In this document: one piece after another, positions 29,958 through 38,706 of the stretch | How positions within the stretch are numbered: the first letter of the stretch is position 1 | Layout of the letters: each line of letters opens with the position of its first letter | Assembly: GCA_041690135.1 (NCBI GenBank) | Contig: JAWLHY010000005.1 | Span: 211,161 to 275,160 of the forward strand | DNA: 64,000 nucleotides | Direction: 5' to 3' | From: Armatimonadota bacterium | GTDB lineage: Bacteria; Armatimonadota; SYMT01 | Notes under the pieces: model-generated | What the model saw: the letters and a program-made list of their open reading frames with translations, nothing else | Database searches by the model: none | Told to the model about the DNA's origin: nothing | Translations under genes and position numbers: made by a program

Positions 29958-30026
29958 GCTACGCTGCTATCGTCTATGGAGCGCCCTGGGAACAGCGTTT
30001 CTCGGGGCGCTCGGCTTGTACGCCCC

Positions 30027-30788
30027 ATGAAACGCATCGCTATCCTTTTTGCGGTTTCCCAGGAAATTGCACCGCTTTCAAAGCGGCTGGACGCCCGGGA
30101 GAGTGGGCCCGTTGCTCTACGCCCACACCGGGCGGTGGCCGGAAGATTAGGCAATACCGAGGTCCTACTGGCGGTGACCGGTGTTGGCGCGCGGCGCGCG
30201 GAACAGGCGGCGAGAGCGGTTGTGGAGGCCTGGCGTCCGGACCTGCTGATCATGGCCGGAGTGGCCGGTGGTCTGGCTCCGGAGTTGCGGATCGGCGATC
30301 TCGTGGTCGCGGACCGGGTTCTCACAGCAGCCGGTGAGAAGTGCCCTCCGGTCGTTCCCACCGATTCCGGTGCTGCCCTGCGCCAGGGGGCACTGATGAG
30401 CACGGACCGGATCCTGGTCACCGCCGAGGAGAAGCGGAAGGCCTTTGCCGCGGGATGTCAAAGTGGCACGACCAGCCGAAGCGTGATGGAGTATGGGCCG
30501 CTGGCGGTGGAGATGGAGACCGCGGGAGTCATTGCGGCCGCGGAGAAGTTGGGAGTACCCTGGGCGGCTGTGCGTGCCCTCTCCGACACGGCGGAGGAGG
30601 CGCTTCCCCTGGATTTTAACCGGCTTCGGTCCGCCGACGGAGATCTTCCCACTGCCCGGGTAGCGCTCGCGGCGGTTTCCCGTCCGGCGGCGATTCCGGG
30701 CCTGATCCGGCTGGGGAAGAATACGTCTCTTGCGGCAGAAGCACTGGCCGGATTTCTGGCGGCCTGGGTGATGGATGGGGAGGCATAG
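30027..30788 (+). CDS. hpnG: Nucleoside phosphorylase family protein, HpnG-like
   Basis: TGVG, GVAGGL, AVEMETA, VRALSD; last gene of the hopanoid operon. Confidence 0.75.
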   Translation: MKRIAILFAVSQEIAPLSKRLDARESGPVALRPHRAVAGRLGNTEVLLAVTGVGARRAEQAARAVVEAWRPDLLIMAGVAGGLAPELRIGDLVVADRVLTAAGEKCPPVVPTDSGAALRQGALMSTDRILVTAEEKRKAFAAGCQSGTTSRSVMEYGPLAVEMETAGVIAAAEKLGVPWAAVRALSDTAEEALPLDFNRLRSADGDLPTARVALAAVSRPAAIPGLIRLGKNTSLAAEALAGFLAAWVMDGEA

Positions 30789-30863
30789 CGGTCCCAGGCG
30801 ATCTTTCGTCCGGGTAGCACTATTCAGCTACCGCCAAACAGGCACAGGTGATGAATCATGCCG

Positions 30864-30988
30864 CGGAGTCCGAGAGATATCTCGGCCAGAACTCCGCTAT
30901 CGATTATCTGTATGCACTGCCCGATTTGCGCCTCTGTGCTGCCGTAGTCAGGACGGGCCACGGCCCCCGATATCTCGGGGATTCCGGG
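30864..30988. repeat. Dispersed inverted-repeat element, copy 2
   Basis: Left arm CGGAGTCCGAGAGATATCTCGGCC and right arm GGCCCCCGATATCTCGGGGATTCCGG form an imperfect inverted repeat. Confidence 0.65.
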
Positions 30989-31053
30989 CATGGGTCATTG
31001 CGTTTGTTCGCCACCCAGACTGGGCTGGATGCAATTGCCCCGTAAGGTGAGAA

Positions 31054-31089
31054 ACGAAAGCCCCGCGGCACTTGCTGCGGGGCTTTCGT
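31054..31089. terminator. Bidirectional-type intrinsic terminator
   Basis: ACGAAAGCCCCGCGGCA-ct-TGCTGCGGGGCTTTCGT between convergent units. Confidence 0.8.
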
Positions 31090-31115
31090 TATGGGTGGGA
31101 GGTAAGGGTCGGCCG

Positions 31116-31847
31116 TTAGTCCGGGTCGGCGGCGCGGGTGAACATGCTGGGCGTGGCCCGGTTGAGCCATTTTGCGTGGCCGTCGGCGAAGGCGCAGTTG
31201 GCGCCGTCATTGTGGCGGCGTACCAGGGCCCAGTTGGATGCACCCCAGGTGATAGGTGACGGCGACGGCGGGCTCGCGGACGGCTGGCCACTGAGGAGCG
31301 AGGCATGGTCCGGAGCATACCACCAGGCGTCCATGGTCCAGCCGTCGTAAAGCACGATGGTGCTGGCCGGCGCCTCGACGGCGGCCATCGCGGCACCCGA
31401 CACTCCCCCACTCGCGTTGCCGTTGTAGTTGTAAGAAACCGGGAAAGTGGTGTACGGCATCTGGGCCTGCGTAAACTTCCGCGATGGACACTGGAATACT
31501 CCATCGTTCTTGACGTACGGATAGATGAATTCCGCCCAGATGAAGTAGTTGGAGCTGGCCGTCTGGTTCACCGGTACGTGGACCCAGGCAGAACCGGATC
31601 CGCCCTGCCACATCCATGGGTACACCTCATCGTAGTCCTGGGTGTACATCATGACTGCGTTGCCCATCTGCTTGCAGTTGGAAAGACAGCTCGACTGGCG
31701 AGCCGCCTCCCGGGCGCGGGCAAAGACGGGGAAGAGGATGGCAGCGAGGATAGCGATGATCGCTATCACCACGAGCAACTCGATCAGTGTAAAGCCACGC
31801 CGGGGCCGCGCGGACCGGGGGCGCAAGGAAGGGAAAGAAGCGTTCAA
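31116..31847 (-). CDS. Prepilin-type N-terminal methylation / H-X9-DG (DUF1559-like) protein
   Basis: [32 protein letters not shown] and [16 protein letters not shown]; probable TTG start. Confidence 0.92.
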   Translation of the reverse strand: MNASFPSLRPRSARPRRGFTLIELLVVIAIIAILAAILFPVFARAREAARQSSCLSNCKQMGNAVMMYTQDYDEVYPWMWQGGSGSAWVHVPVNQTASSNYFIWAEFIYPYVKNDGVFQCPSRKFTQAQMPYTTFPVSYNYNGNASGGVSGAAMAAVEAPASTIVLYDGWTMDAWWYAPDHASLLSGQPSASPPSPSPITWGASNWALVRRHNDGANCAFADGHAKWLNRATPSMFTRAADPD

Positions 31848-32052
31848 GAGAGCCTGCCTTTCGGGCAAATAAAAGCGCGCGAAAACCGGAATGGCACCCG
31901 GGCATCTGATCCCACAGGTGCGGCACTGCACTTCCGGAATTCGCGCGCTCAACCGCGAGCATGCACTCTTCATTTAGCGGAGCGGCTCGGGGAAGTTTGA
32001 GAACGCTTGTTGCATTGATGTTGGACTGGTGGTCGACCTTCAGTTCTTTCCG

Positions 32053-32781
32053 CTATTTCTCCCCGGAGTCTTCGGGCAGGTAGACGGGATCGAGCAGCTT
32101 CCGAATCTCCTGATCGATCTTCTGCGTGAGCCAGTCGGCTTGCTCGCGGCGGCTCATCTCCGGAGGTGCGGAAGCGGGATCGAGCGGGGGGCCGAAACGG
32201 ACGCGCACTCCCCCGCGGGCGTAGCGGGGGATGCAATACGGCAGCGTGATCGTTCTTTCGGTGCCCATCAAGGCGGTGGGTACGATAGGGACGCCGGTGC
32301 GGAGGGCAATGAGCGCCAGTCCGGACTGAAGGGGCGCCAATTTACGATGGCGGCTGACGTGTCCCTCCGGGTAGATGCAGACCGCCTCCCCCGCCTTCAA
32401 CAGATTTTCCGTATGCCGGATGGCCTGGCGATCCATCACCGCCTGCACCCGCACGGGAAAAGCGAGGTGGAGCCGGGAGAGTGGGGCCAACACCGGCACC
32501 CGGAAGAGCATGTCCTTGCCCATGAACCAGCACCGCCGGGTCATCGCCAAGCCGATGGCGGGCGGGTCCGCGTAGCTGAGGTGGTTAGAGGCGATCAACA
32601 CACCGCCCGTCGGCGGCACGTGTTCACGGCCTTCGACTCGCCATCCGCCCAGGAGCGTGAAGAGTGAGCGCACCAGCACCCGGGTGATGGGGAAGATGAT
32701 GGGGTACAGGCGCGGGATGCGAACATCTTCCACTTCGGGAGCAGAAGCGGGAACTTTTTCGGGGGCAGAGGTATCTGTCAC
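32053..32781 (-). CDS. plsC: 1-acyl-sn-glycerol-3-phosphate acyltransferase
   Basis: NHLSYADP (NHxxxxD), YPEG, VPIVP motifs. Confidence 0.88.
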   Translation of the reverse strand: MTDTSAPEKVPASAPEVEDVRIPRLYPIIFPITRVLVRSLFTLLGGWRVEGREHVPPTGGVLIASNHLSYADPPAIGLAMTRRCWFMGKDMLFRVPVLAPLSRLHLAFPVRVQAVMDRQAIRHTENLLKAGEAVCIYPEGHVSRHRKLAPLQSGLALIALRTGVPIVPTALMGTERTITLPYCIPRYARGGVRVRFGPPLDPASAPPEMSRREQADWLTQKIDQEIRKLLDPVYLPEDSGEK

Positions 32782-32863
32782 GGAGAGCAGTTAGTGACGA
32801 GCGGCCTACCTTCCTCTCTTTTGGTGCTGGACGCTGCCGCGGATTGGCGGGAGATGGATCAGG

Positions 32864-32990
32864 GTTGAAGGTTGGAAGGTTGAAGGTTGAAGGTTGAAGG
32901 TTGAAGGTTGAAGGTTGCGGCGAGGTGAGAGGTGGAAGGTGCGAGGAGAAGGTCGGAGGTTGGAGGGTGAAAGGTGGAAATTGAAGGTTC
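32864..32990. repeat. Heptamer tandem repeat GTTGAAG (5 perfect copies, about 18 units including degenerate ones)
   Basis: Directly visible; perfect run at 32879-32913. Confidence 0.92.
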
Positions 32991-33087
32991 CGCTCGGGGA
33001 CCAGGGGTGAAGTTCCCGTGCGGGGATCTGGTTGGGAATACACTGGGGGCAGGCCAGGGATGCGTTGCAAGTGGGTATTAGCAGGTA

Positions 33088-34200
33088 ATGAGACCATCCG
33101 GTAGCAATTCCGTCCAACCACGACTGCGGCGAGTTTCCCGGGGTGTGCGCGCTTTGTGGAGTGATCGGCGCGACCGCGCCGAGACGCTGGTGGTGATTCT
33201 GCTGCAGGTGCTGGGACGCCTCAGTCTGGCGGTCCTGGTGGCGTTCCTGGCGATGTACCTATTCGTCCGCATTGCGCTGGAGGTGCAGGCCGGTTCCACG
33301 CACGCCTTCGACGTGGCGGCCGTCGAGTTCTTCCAAACGCATCGGGATCCCCTGCTCTACCGGGTGATGCGGGCGATCTCGTGGCTGGGCGAGTGGCGTC
33401 CACAGACGGCGCTAATCCTGGCGGCGCTGGGCGGTATGGCGCTGGTGAGGCGCCTCTGGCCGGACGGACTGGCACTGGTACTCTCGAGCGCCGGGGGATT
33501 GCTGTTGGTGCTGACCCTCAAGGTGCTCTTTGGGCGGCCGCGCCCGGCCGAGATGTTCGCCCACCTGGGATACGCGTTTCCCTCGGGACACTCTTTTCTG
33601 GCGGTCGCCGTGTATGGGGTGCTGGCTTACTGGGTCGCCGTCGATGCGCCCCGTTGGGCGGCGAGGCTGGCGTGGACGGTGGCGGTTATCATGATGCTTC
33701 TGATGGGCTTCAGTCGGGTTTATGTGGGTGAGCACTACCCCTCCGACGTGGCCGGCGGGTTCGCCCTGGCCGTACCCTGGCTCTGGGGCTGCCTGTCGAT
33801 CCCGGCCGCGTTCCACCGTCGGGGACATCGCATGACCCTGGAGGAACGCAAGACCCTCTACCGCACCGGGCGGGAGCGCCTGCTGTCCGCGCGAGATGAG
33901 AAACCGGCGCTGCTGGCGCTCTCCGTGGCCCTGGCTCGCGACCGGCGCGTGCCGATCCTCCGGCGGGTGGCGCTGGTCCTTTCCGCCAACTACATGGCAA
34001 TGCCATTCGACCTGATTCCCGACTCCTGGGCCGGGGTGGGCAGCATCGACGACCTGGCGCTGGCGGCGACGGTACTGGCGTGGACGCTCCCCCGGCTATC
34101 CCCGGAGTTGCAGCGAGAGCACTGGAGCGGGGACGCGGATCTCGGCGAGCTGGTTGAACGGATGTGCCAGGGGGTTCGGGAGATCTTCGGGCGTTCGTGA
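33088..34200 (+). CDS. PAP2 phosphatase fused to a C-terminal DUF1232/YkvA domain (start uncertain)
   Basis: K....RPRP, FPSGHS, SRVYVGEHYPSDV; C-terminal PFDLIPD...VGSIDDL. Confidence 0.82.
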   Translation: MRPSGSNSVQPRLRRVSRGVRALWSDRRDRAETLVVILLQVLGRLSLAVLVAFLAMYLFVRIALEVQAGSTHAFDVAAVEFFQTHRDPLLYRVMRAISWLGEWRPQTALILAALGGMALVRRLWPDGLALVLSSAGGLLLVLTLKVLFGRPRPAEMFAHLGYAFPSGHSFLAVAVYGVLAYWVAVDAPRWAARLAWTVAVIMMLLMGFSRVYVGEHYPSDVAGGFALAVPWLWGCLSIPAAFHRRGHRMTLEERKTLYRTGRERLLSARDEKPALLALSVALARDRRVPILRRVALVLSANYMAMPFDLIPDSWAGVGSIDDLALAATVLAWTLPRLSPELQREHWSGDADLGELVERMCQGVREIFGRS

Positions 34201-34211
34201 ATGGAGCCGTC

Positions 34212-35342
34212 CTACTTGCGCGGACGGGCCGTGAACTTCTGGAGACGCTTCCCGTTGACCTCGGCGACGTAGAGCGCGCCGCTCTCATCGACGCAAAGTA
34301 GGTGCGGCAGGTCGAATTCTCCCGGGGCTTTGCCCAGCGCCCCCCAGTGAGCGAGGCGCTTTCCATCAAGGTCGTACAGGCTGACGGTATGGGCTCTCCC
34401 GTCCGTCACGAAGAGGCGCTGGTCCGGCGTGATGAAGAGCCCGTAGGGGTAGCCCACGTGGTTCCACTGGGTCAGGAACCGGCCTTCGGGCGTGAAGATC
34501 TGAATGCGCTGGTTCTCGCGATCCGCCACGAACACACGTCCTTGTTTATCCACCGCAATGGAGTGCGGCAGGTTGAACTCCCCCTCCCCTTTGCCTTTAC
34601 GGCCCCAGGTGGAAAGGTACTTGCCCTCGCGGCTGAGAAGAACGACCCGAGCGTTTCCGTAGCCGTCGGAGATATAGACTTCGCCGCCGGCGCCGAACGC
34701 GACGTCGGTGGGACGGTTGTAGTGCGTGGCATCCGCTCCCGGCTGGTTGCGCACACCGAAGGTGGCGAGGACCTTGCCGTCGGGGCTGCACTTGACGACG
34801 CGGTGGTCGGCGCTGTCGGTCAGCCAGAGGTTCCCCTCCGGATCGAAACGGCAGCCGTGCGGGCTAGTGAACATGCCCGCCCCCCAGGAACGCCGGTAGT
34901 TCCCCTCCCGGTCGAAGACCAGCACGGGATGGGGCGCTCGCTGGAAGACGAAGACCTGACCGCGCGCGTCTATCGCCACGGCGGAGACGGCACTGACCCC
35001 ATAACCGGGAGCTTCCGCCGCGCCCTTCGGCCAGCCGGGGACGGGGGCGTAGGAATTATGGGTGGCGGCTGCTGGTGAGACGAGGGGGGAGGCAGTGAGC
35101 AGTAGGCAGAAGGCAGTGGGAAGGCGGAAGGCAGTGGGCAGAAGGCGGGGGGCAGTGGGCAGAAGGCAGTGGGCAGTGGGCAGAAGGCGGAAGGCAGTGG
35201 GCAGGCGGTGGAGGGGAGAGGGCAGTGGTGGGTGAGCGGGGCGGGACGCCTTGGGTGCGGGGCGGGACGCGTTGGGTACAGGGCGGGACGCCCTGGGTGC
35301 GGGGCGGGGGATGGATCGGATTGCCCGGAGGATGTTACTCAT
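34212..35342 (-). CDS. NHL-repeat protein, peptidyl-alpha-hydroxyglycine lyase family-like
   Basis: [46 protein letters not shown]; N-terminus is built from repeats. Confidence 0.85.
   Translation of the reverse strand: MSNILRAIRSIPRPAPRASRPVPNASRPAPKASRPAHPPLPSPLHRLPTAFRLLPTAHCLLPTAPRLLPTAFRLPTAFCLLLTASPLVSPAAATHNSYAPVPGWPKGAAEAPGYGVSAVSAVAIDARGQVFVFQRAPHPVLVFDREGNYRRSWGAGMFTSPHGCRFDPEGNLWLTDSADHRVVKCSPDGKVLATFGVRNQPGADATHYNRPTDVAFGAGGEVYISDGYGNARVVLLSREGKYLSTWGRKGKGEGEFNLPHSIAVDKQGRVFVADRENQRIQIFTPEGRFLTQWNHVGYPYGLFITPDQRLFVTDGRAHTVSLYDLDGKRLAHWGALGKAPGEFDLPHLLCVDESGALYVAEVNGKRLQKFTARPRK
35091..35308. repeat. Heptamer tract (GGCAGTG/GGCAGAA) plus 3 x 21-mer inside the 5' end of the NHL gene
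   Basis: Translates as RPAPRAS-like x3 and LLPTAxx repeats. Confidence 0.85.
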
Positions 35343-35706
35343 GGCTGCTGCTTTCCTGGCGCGGTCGAGGGGCGTTGCCGGAAAGCCGTTTCTCGCCGGT
35401 CAGGGTGACTCCTCTTCCGATCGGTGCGCCTGGATGAGAGTACACGCCCACTCCTCCTGTTCGGGAGGGAGCGGCGGCACGATGGGGTCGGCGGTGTAGT
35501 CAATCTCCCGGCGATGGGACCGGCGTCGTAGCAGCGGTTGAAGACAAACGAAACTCGAGCGCTTTCCAGCGAAGGACCAGCGCAACCATTCCGGCCGGGC
35601 TGCGTTATGCATGATGCGGCCCTCGCAGGAGGTACCGCGCCGGGTGTCCAAGGGACGCATAGCAAGGGGCGCGGTCGGCAGTGGCCGCAAGCGGGAGATG
35701 TAGCGG

Positions 35707-36705
35707 ATGAGTGGTTTCTTCGGACGGCTGATGAACCAGTGGATCGAGGTGATCGAGTGGCTCGATCCGACGAACGACATCATGGTCTACCGGTTCCCGG
35801 TGGCCAATAACGAGATCAAGATGGGCGCCAAGCTGACGGTCCGCGAAGGGCAGGCGGCGGTGTTCATCAACGAGGGGCAGATCGCGGACGTGTTCGGGCC
35901 GGGGCTCTACACCCTTTCGACCCAGAACATGCCGATCATGACGATGCTCCGGTCGTGGCCGCATGGGTTCAACTCGCCGTTCAAGGCGGAGGTTTACTTC
36001 GTCAGCACGCGACAGTTTCTGGACCTGAAGTGGGGCACGCCGAACCCGATCCCGATGCGGGACGCGGACTTCGGGGTGGTCCGCACCCGGGCTTTCGGCA
36101 GCTACGGGATCCGGATCACCGACCCCACCGCCTTCATTCGAGAGGTGGTCGGCACCGACGGCCTCTTCACCACGGATGAGATCACCGGGCAACTGCGGGA
36201 CCTGGTCATCTCCGAGTTCACCACGGCGCTCGGCGAATTGAAGATCCCCGTGCTGGACCTGGCCTCGAACTACCGGGCTCTGTCGCAGACGATCCTGGAA
36301 ACGGTGCGTCCCCACTTCACCACCTACGGTTTGGATATCACCCGGTTCGTGATCGAGAACATCTCGGTGCCGCCGGAAGTCGAGGCGGCAATCGACAAGC
36401 GCTCCAGCATGGGGGTGGTGGGCGTCCGCGACTACGCTACCTTTCAGACGGCGAACGCGATCGAGACCAGCGCGGGGATTCCCGGCGGCGGGGGCAGCCC
36501 GGCCGTGGACATGGCCCAGATGATGGCCGGAATGGCGATGGGCCAGAAGATGATGAAGGGGCTCGAAGGCTCCGAGCCGGAAGCGCCTGGCGGTGGAAAG
36601 TCCGTGACGGAGCGGCTCAAGGAGATCCACGAGCTGCACCAGGCAGGGATTCTCACAGAAGAAGAGTACCAGTCCAAGAAGGCCGAGTTGCTGAAGCTGC
36701 TGTAA
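35707..36705 (+). CDS. SPFH (band-7/YdjI-like) protein with C-terminal SHOCT
   Basis: LTVREGQAAVF, SPFKAEVYF, KWGTPNPI; ERLKEIHELHQAGILTEEEYQSKK. Confidence 0.88.
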   Translation: MSGFFGRLMNQWIEVIEWLDPTNDIMVYRFPVANNEIKMGAKLTVREGQAAVFINEGQIADVFGPGLYTLSTQNMPIMTMLRSWPHGFNSPFKAEVYFVSTRQFLDLKWGTPNPIPMRDADFGVVRTRAFGSYGIRITDPTAFIREVVGTDGLFTTDEITGQLRDLVISEFTTALGELKIPVLDLASNYRALSQTILETVRPHFTTYGLDITRFVIENISVPPEVEAAIDKRSSMGVVGVRDYATFQTANAIETSAGIPGGGGSPAVDMAQMMAGMAMGQKMMKGLEGSEPEAPGGGKSVTERLKEIHELHQAGILTEEEYQSKKAELLKLL

Positions 36706-36708
36706 GCC

Positions 36709-37842
36709 ATGAGCGACGGAGCCCTGACAACCGGTTCGACCCATGCGCCCGGTGAGGTCCGCAAGTTTCCCTGCAAGCAGTGCGGTGCGGGGCTGACCTT
36801 TGCCCCCGGACAGTCCGCGCTGGAGTGCCCCTACTGTGGGTTCCGGGAGGAGATTCCGACCACGCCACAGGCGATCCAGGAGTACGACCTGGAGTCGGCA
36901 CTGGCCCAGGAGCCGCATGGCGAGGGCTGGGGCATCGAGCGGCGGGCGCTGCACTGCGAGAACTGCGGGGCGACCACGACCTTCCAGCCGGGGCAGGTCG
37001 CGGGCCAGTGCGCCTTCTGCGGGTCGAGCAAGGTCGTCGAACAGGGCGCCTCACAGAACCTGATCCAGCCGGAAAGCCTCATCCCGTTCGCCGTCAAGCG
37101 GGATGAGGCCGTGGCCTGCTTCCGAAAGTGGATCGGCAGCCGCTGGTTCCGCCCCAACGATCTGAAGGAGGCGGGAAGGCTGGCGAAGATCCAGGGGGCG
37201 TACCTGCCGTTCTGGACCTACGACGCGCTCACCGTCTCCCACTGGACCGCGGATGCCGGCTACCACTACTGGGAGACGGAGACCTACACCGAGACCGATT
37301 CCGAAGGCCGGACCCAAACCAAGACGCGGCAGGTGCAGAAGACGCGCTGGCATCCCGCCTCCGGGACCCGGCAGGACTTCTTCGATGACGAGCTGATCTG
37401 TGCGTCGACCGGCCTGCCTCCCCAGTTAATCCAGGGAATCTGCCCGTTCGACCTGAACGCCCTCGCCCCTTACGACCCGAACTACCTGGCCGGGTTTTCG
37501 GCGGAAGAGTACCAGGTAGGGTTGCGGGAAGGCTGGCACACGGCCCAGTCCCGAATTCAGGCGAAGGTCGAGATGGCCTGCGCAGGCGACGTGCCGGGCG
37601 ACACCCACCGCAACCTGCGGGTAAATACCGCTTATTACCGGATGACCTACAAGCACCTGCTGCTGCCGGTCTGGATCGCCGCCTACCTCTACAACGACAA
37701 GACTTACCGGTTCCTGGTCAACGGCCAGACGGGCAAAGCCTCGGGCGAGGCGCCGTTAAGCTGGTGGAAGATCGCCGGCCTGGTCCTGGTGATCCTCGCG
37801 GTGGCGCTGCTGATCTACTTCCTCCGGAACCAGGGCTTGTGA
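36709..37842 (+). CDS. Multi zinc-ribbon membrane protein, commonly paired with SPFH genes
   Basis: Four CxxC pairs, YLPFWTYD, LLLPVW, VNGQTG, C-terminal TM helix. Confidence 0.8.
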   Translation: MSDGALTTGSTHAPGEVRKFPCKQCGAGLTFAPGQSALECPYCGFREEIPTTPQAIQEYDLESALAQEPHGEGWGIERRALHCENCGATTTFQPGQVAGQCAFCGSSKVVEQGASQNLIQPESLIPFAVKRDEAVACFRKWIGSRWFRPNDLKEAGRLAKIQGAYLPFWTYDALTVSHWTADAGYHYWETETYTETDSEGRTQTKTRQVQKTRWHPASGTRQDFFDDELICASTGLPPQLIQGICPFDLNALAPYDPNYLAGFSAEEYQVGLREGWHTAQSRIQAKVEMACAGDVPGDTHRNLRVNTAYYRMTYKHLLLPVWIAAYLYNDKTYRFLVNGQTGKASGEAPLSWWKIAGLVLVILAVALLIYFLRNQGL

Positions 37843-37852
37843 AAAATGGTGC

Positions 37853-37881
37853 TTGACGACCCCAGGCACGAGGGGTATAAA
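37853..37881 (+). promoter_or_regulatory. Sigma70-type promoter
   Basis: TTGACG-17 bp-TATAAA. Confidence 0.75.
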
Positions 37882-38055
37882 GAACGCGAACAACCCTGAT
37901 CTACCGCGATCGACCGGAAGGCGAGCTGGACGGCACGTTCCTGCAATGAACGGGCCGGGCAGAACACAGGCCGGCCGCACGGATTTCGCACTGGAGCGCC
38001 AGGCGCGGCGGAGTGGCTTTAGCCCTCTTTCCGCCGGGCTCCATGAGGACTCGTG

Positions 38056-38526
38056 ATGCCCGCGTTCGTTCAACGCTTGCCGTTCGACCATGGCTCGACT
38101 TCCTCTGCCGGACACACACAGGGGCCCCGCGCCTCCCAGGTCCGCGCCGCCCTCGTGTTGGTGACCCAGGTCTCCCCCGACATTCATCCCGTACTCCAGT
38201 TCGCCGCCGCCTTTTGTGACGATGTAACGGCAGTTTACGTGGATGACGACCCCGCGGAGACGCGGCGTTTCGCGGCCCGCTGGGCGCAAAGTGGCGCGAC
38301 GGCTCCCCTGGTGGTGCTGGATGGAAACCCGGAATCCCATCTCGATCCGCTGGCCGCCTACATCGAGAACCTGGGACTGGTGGAGCGGGACGAGGTGATG
38401 GTGGTGGTCCCTGAAAAGGAATACCCCCGGGGGGTGCGCCCTTCCGGTGCGCCCGACCTCGATCTATGCGATCTCAACCGGGATTACTGTCCAATTTCCG
38501 GTTTGCCGCGAATCCCGGGTTCTTAA
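38056..38526 (+). CDS. Stand-alone protein resembling the cytoplasmic C-terminal domain of KimA/YdaO-type APC/KUP transporters
   Basis: VTAVYVDDDPAET..F..RW....PLVVL......LDPL..YI.......VMVVVPE pattern; no TM helices. Confidence 0.6.
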   Translation: MPAFVQRLPFDHGSTSSAGHTQGPRASQVRAALVLVTQVSPDIHPVLQFAAAFCDDVTAVYVDDDPAETRRFAARWAQSGATAPLVVLDGNPESHLDPLAAYIENLGLVERDEVMVVVPEKEYPRGVRPSGAPDLDLCDLNRDYCPISGLPRIPGS

Positions 38527-38534
38527 AGTACTTG

Positions 38535-38670
38535 GTGTGGAAGTAGGTGTGTGTGGAAGTAGGTGTGTGTGGAAGTAGGAGATGAAGAAAGGCTTCTAAA
38601 TTCCAGGTCACTCCCTCACCCCCTCACTACTCCAATCCCCTACCCCCATACTTCCCTACCCCCACACCAC
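38535..38670. repeat. Inverted pair of octamer-based tracts between convergent genes
   Basis: (GTGTGGAAGTAGGTGT) about x3 versus ccccatac ttccctac ccccacac. Confidence 0.8.
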
Positions 38671-38706
38671 AGCTTCTTTTCCACTACCCCTCCCCTGTTT
38701 GCCTGT

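Noticed and set aside
30848-31045. 65-aa ORF after hpnG
   Set aside because: It coincides with the dispersed inverted-repeat element and has no recognisable protein features.
32806-33121. ORFs with LQPSTFN repeats
   Set aside because: These are translations of the GTTGAAG heptamer tract, not credible proteins.
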